A stretch of 64,000 nt of DNA. It comes from an uncultured Clostridia bacterium (GTDB taxonomy: Bacteria > Bacillota > Clostridia > TANB77 > CAG-508). Below are positions 62,378 to 64,000 of this stretch, one piece after another (the stretch's first letter is position 1; the number at the start of each line of letters is the position of its first letter). Location: assembly GCA_947581825.1 (NCBI GenBank), contig CANPVP010000002.1, positions 194,777 through 258,776 on the forward strand, given 5' to 3'. The position numbers were made by a program, and so were the translations under genes. The notes beneath the pieces are model-generated. The model worked only from the letters and a program-made list of their open reading frames with translations. It ran no database searches and was not told where the DNA came from.

Positions 62378-63064
62378 ATGAATATATTATCGGCATTTAT
62401 TGTTTTTGATATTTTAATAATTGTATACGAACTAATAATAGAAGTATGTTCTGCAATATATGAATTAAGTGGACTCACAAAAGAACAAGCAAGATTCCAG
62501 ATTACCTCATTATTAACAGGTACAGGTTTTACTACTACAGAAAGTGAAAAAATGCTTGAATCTCCAAAAAGAAAAAGGACCACTAGAAATATAATGATAG
62601 TAAGTTACATTTTTAATATATCAATAATATCTACGTTAGTAACTCTATTAACATCAACTAAAACTTTAAGACTAACTGATTTAGTAGTAGGTTTACTAAT
62701 ATCAATAGTAATTATTATTTTACTTTTTTTCTCTAGAAGAATAAGTAAAATACGAAAATTTATAGATAGAGTTATGTTATATACAGTGGGGAGAATTTTA
62801 TATAATAAGCAAAATGAAATGATAATATATGAGTATTATGGTAAAAAAGCTCTAACAGAAGTTAGACTAAATAAAGTGCCTAAAGGATTAAAAGGTAAAA
62901 CGTTAGAGCAACTAAATTTACTAGAAAAAAATGGCATAAATCTATTATATATTAAAAGAAATAGAGAGATTATAACTGCGTGGAAAGAAACAAAATTATA
63001 TGAAGGCGATGTTATATTAATGTTGGGAGATAAAAAAAATATATCAGAATTAATTAATAATTAA
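62378..63064 (+). CDS. ion-channel-like membrane protein with C-terminal TrkA-C (RCK_C) domain
   Basis: Two TM segments flank a pore-like LLTGTGFTTT segment. The C-terminus (VRLNKVPKGLKGKTLEQLNL..GDVILMLGD) resembles TrkA-C. Confidence 0.5.
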   Translation: MNILSAFIVFDILIIVYELIIEVCSAIYELSGLTKEQARFQITSLLTGTGFTTTESEKMLESPKRKRTTRNIMIVSYIFNISIISTLVTLLTSTKTLRLTDLVVGLLISIVIIILLFFSRRISKIRKFIDRVMLYTVGRILYNKQNEMIIYEYYGKKALTEVRLNKVPKGLKGKTLEQLNLLEKNGINLLYIKRNREIITAWKETKLYEGDVILMLGDKKNISELINN

Positions 63065-63147
63065 TTTTAACCTATTGGTAAAACTGGATATATTCTACTT
63101 ATAAGCTAAAATGTGTTGAAAATCCTTGAAATTTAAAGAAAAAAAGG

Positions 63148-63176
63148 TTGACAAAAAAAATCAATATTGGTAGAAT
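63148..63176 (+). promoter_or_regulatory. consensus promoter for choice-of-anchor gene
   Basis: TTGACA, 17 nt, TAGAAT. Confidence 0.45.
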
Positions 63177-63211
63177 AAAATTGAATTATACTAAAGAAGG
63201 GGATAAAAATT

Positions 63212-64000
63212 ATGGATGGTAAAAGTAAAACAGTAAAATTGTCTGTTATGTTAATTTTGATGATAGCATTAATGTTTTCAACAGCATTTATGATGATAAT
63301 AAAAGCAACAGAAGATACAGATAAAGGAAAAAATGACAAATATAAAGGAGCATATACAATAGAGTATTTAATACAACACTTTAATTTAGTTACTTTTGGA
63401 GATGTTTCACAAGCTGAACATATTGTTGGACCAGTGTTAATTGGGGGAAATATTAATAGTGCTCTTAATCATTCACAACAAACAGCTGGTACAAGCTCAT
63501 ATGTAAAAGGAACTATAAAAGCTGGAAATGTTAGTTGCAATGAAAATCCAAGACCAACGTTGTATTTAGGAAAAAAAGCCAATGCAAAAGTAAATGATAA
63601 TGGTCAAGATGGAGCTAATGTTAATGGTCAATGGTATACAAATAATCCAACAGTAATTACAGATGATTATCTTAATTTTAATACATTATTTGATAGAATT
63701 AGAAGTCAGTCAAAAAGTATAGTTTCAGGTGAAAAAAGAACTAAAAACAAAGACAATGAAATTGAAATCAAAATTGGAGAAACTGTAACTATTCAAAGTT
63801 TAGATGGTGTATCAAATATAAAAATGACTGGAGATAAAAGTAGTAAACAGCTTACTTTAATAAATATAACTGCTTCAGGAGAAGTAACTATGCCACAGCT
63901 TTGGATAAATGAAAAACAAGCAGAAGTAACTGAAAGGGATACAATAGGAAATGCAATTGTTTGGAATTTCCCAAATGCAACTAAAATAAATTTTGCTAGT
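63212..64000 (+). CDS. choice-of-anchor A family surface protein (5' partial, runs off window)
   Basis: ATG after GGGGA RBS, then a signal peptide. The motif FNLVTFGDVSQAEHIVGPVLIGGNIN matches the choice-of-anchor A signature (F.V.FGD.....H.EG.VAVGGN). No stop before the window end. Confidence 0.6.
   Translation, partial: MDGKSKTVKLSVMLILMIALMFSTAFMMIIKATEDTDKGKNDKYKGAYTIEYLIQHFNLVTFGDVSQAEHIVGPVLIGGNINSALNHSQQTAGTSSYVKGTIKAGNVSCNENPRPTLYLGKKANAKVNDNGQDGANVNGQWYTNNPTVITDDYLNFNTLFDRIRSQSKSIVSGEKRTKNKDNEIEIKIGETVTIQSLDGVSNIKMTGDKSSKQLTLINITASGEVTMPQLWINEKQAEVTERDTIGNAIVWNFPNATKINFAS

Overview
The window is an AT-rich (about 28% GC) Firmicute chromosome segment whose gene content is typical of a Clostridium-like bacterium. 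It contains core housekeeping genes and a large accessory surface-protein region.

Housekeeping genes:
- gpmI and eno are convergent, with a YezG/DUF600-like immunity gene between them.
- thrS is preceded by a T-box leader.
- lemA-DUF2207 pair, tRNA-Gln, tRNA-Leu.
- The rimP-nusA-ylxR-L7Ae-infB-rbfA-nrnA-truB operon.
- A gerA-B-C germinant receptor operon on the minus strand.
- dpaA, uppP and recN.
- Na/Pi cotransporter, GH5 endoglucanase, a TPR protein, a K-channel-like protein and a partial choice-of-anchor-A protein.

Accessory region, about 9.9-27.9 kb:
- Three paralogous giant surface proteins of 1593, 1892 and 1395 aa. They are N-terminally anchored and built from MucBP-like and Listeria-Bacteroides (InlB B-repeat) modules, with near-identical intragenic tandem repeats.
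- An operon encoding a frameshifted sortase, a sortase-anchored cohesin-like protein and a dockerin protein.

Other notable loci:
- A cluster of a TM-fused ECF-like sigma factor, a vWA protein, a large helical protein and a PP2C phosphatase.
- Several small GC-rich patches that look foreign, including a 50% GC 3D-domain gene.
- An att-like 48-bp duplication of the tRNA-Leu 3' end.
- A duplicated terminator-plus-consensus-promoter cassette flanking a candidate type I toxin-antitoxin module.
- A recurring GGGCGAcc..ggTCGCCC palindrome in three intergenic regions.
- A candidate structured RNA upstream of a lipoprotein gene.

No CRISPR array, rRNA or intact transposase was seen.
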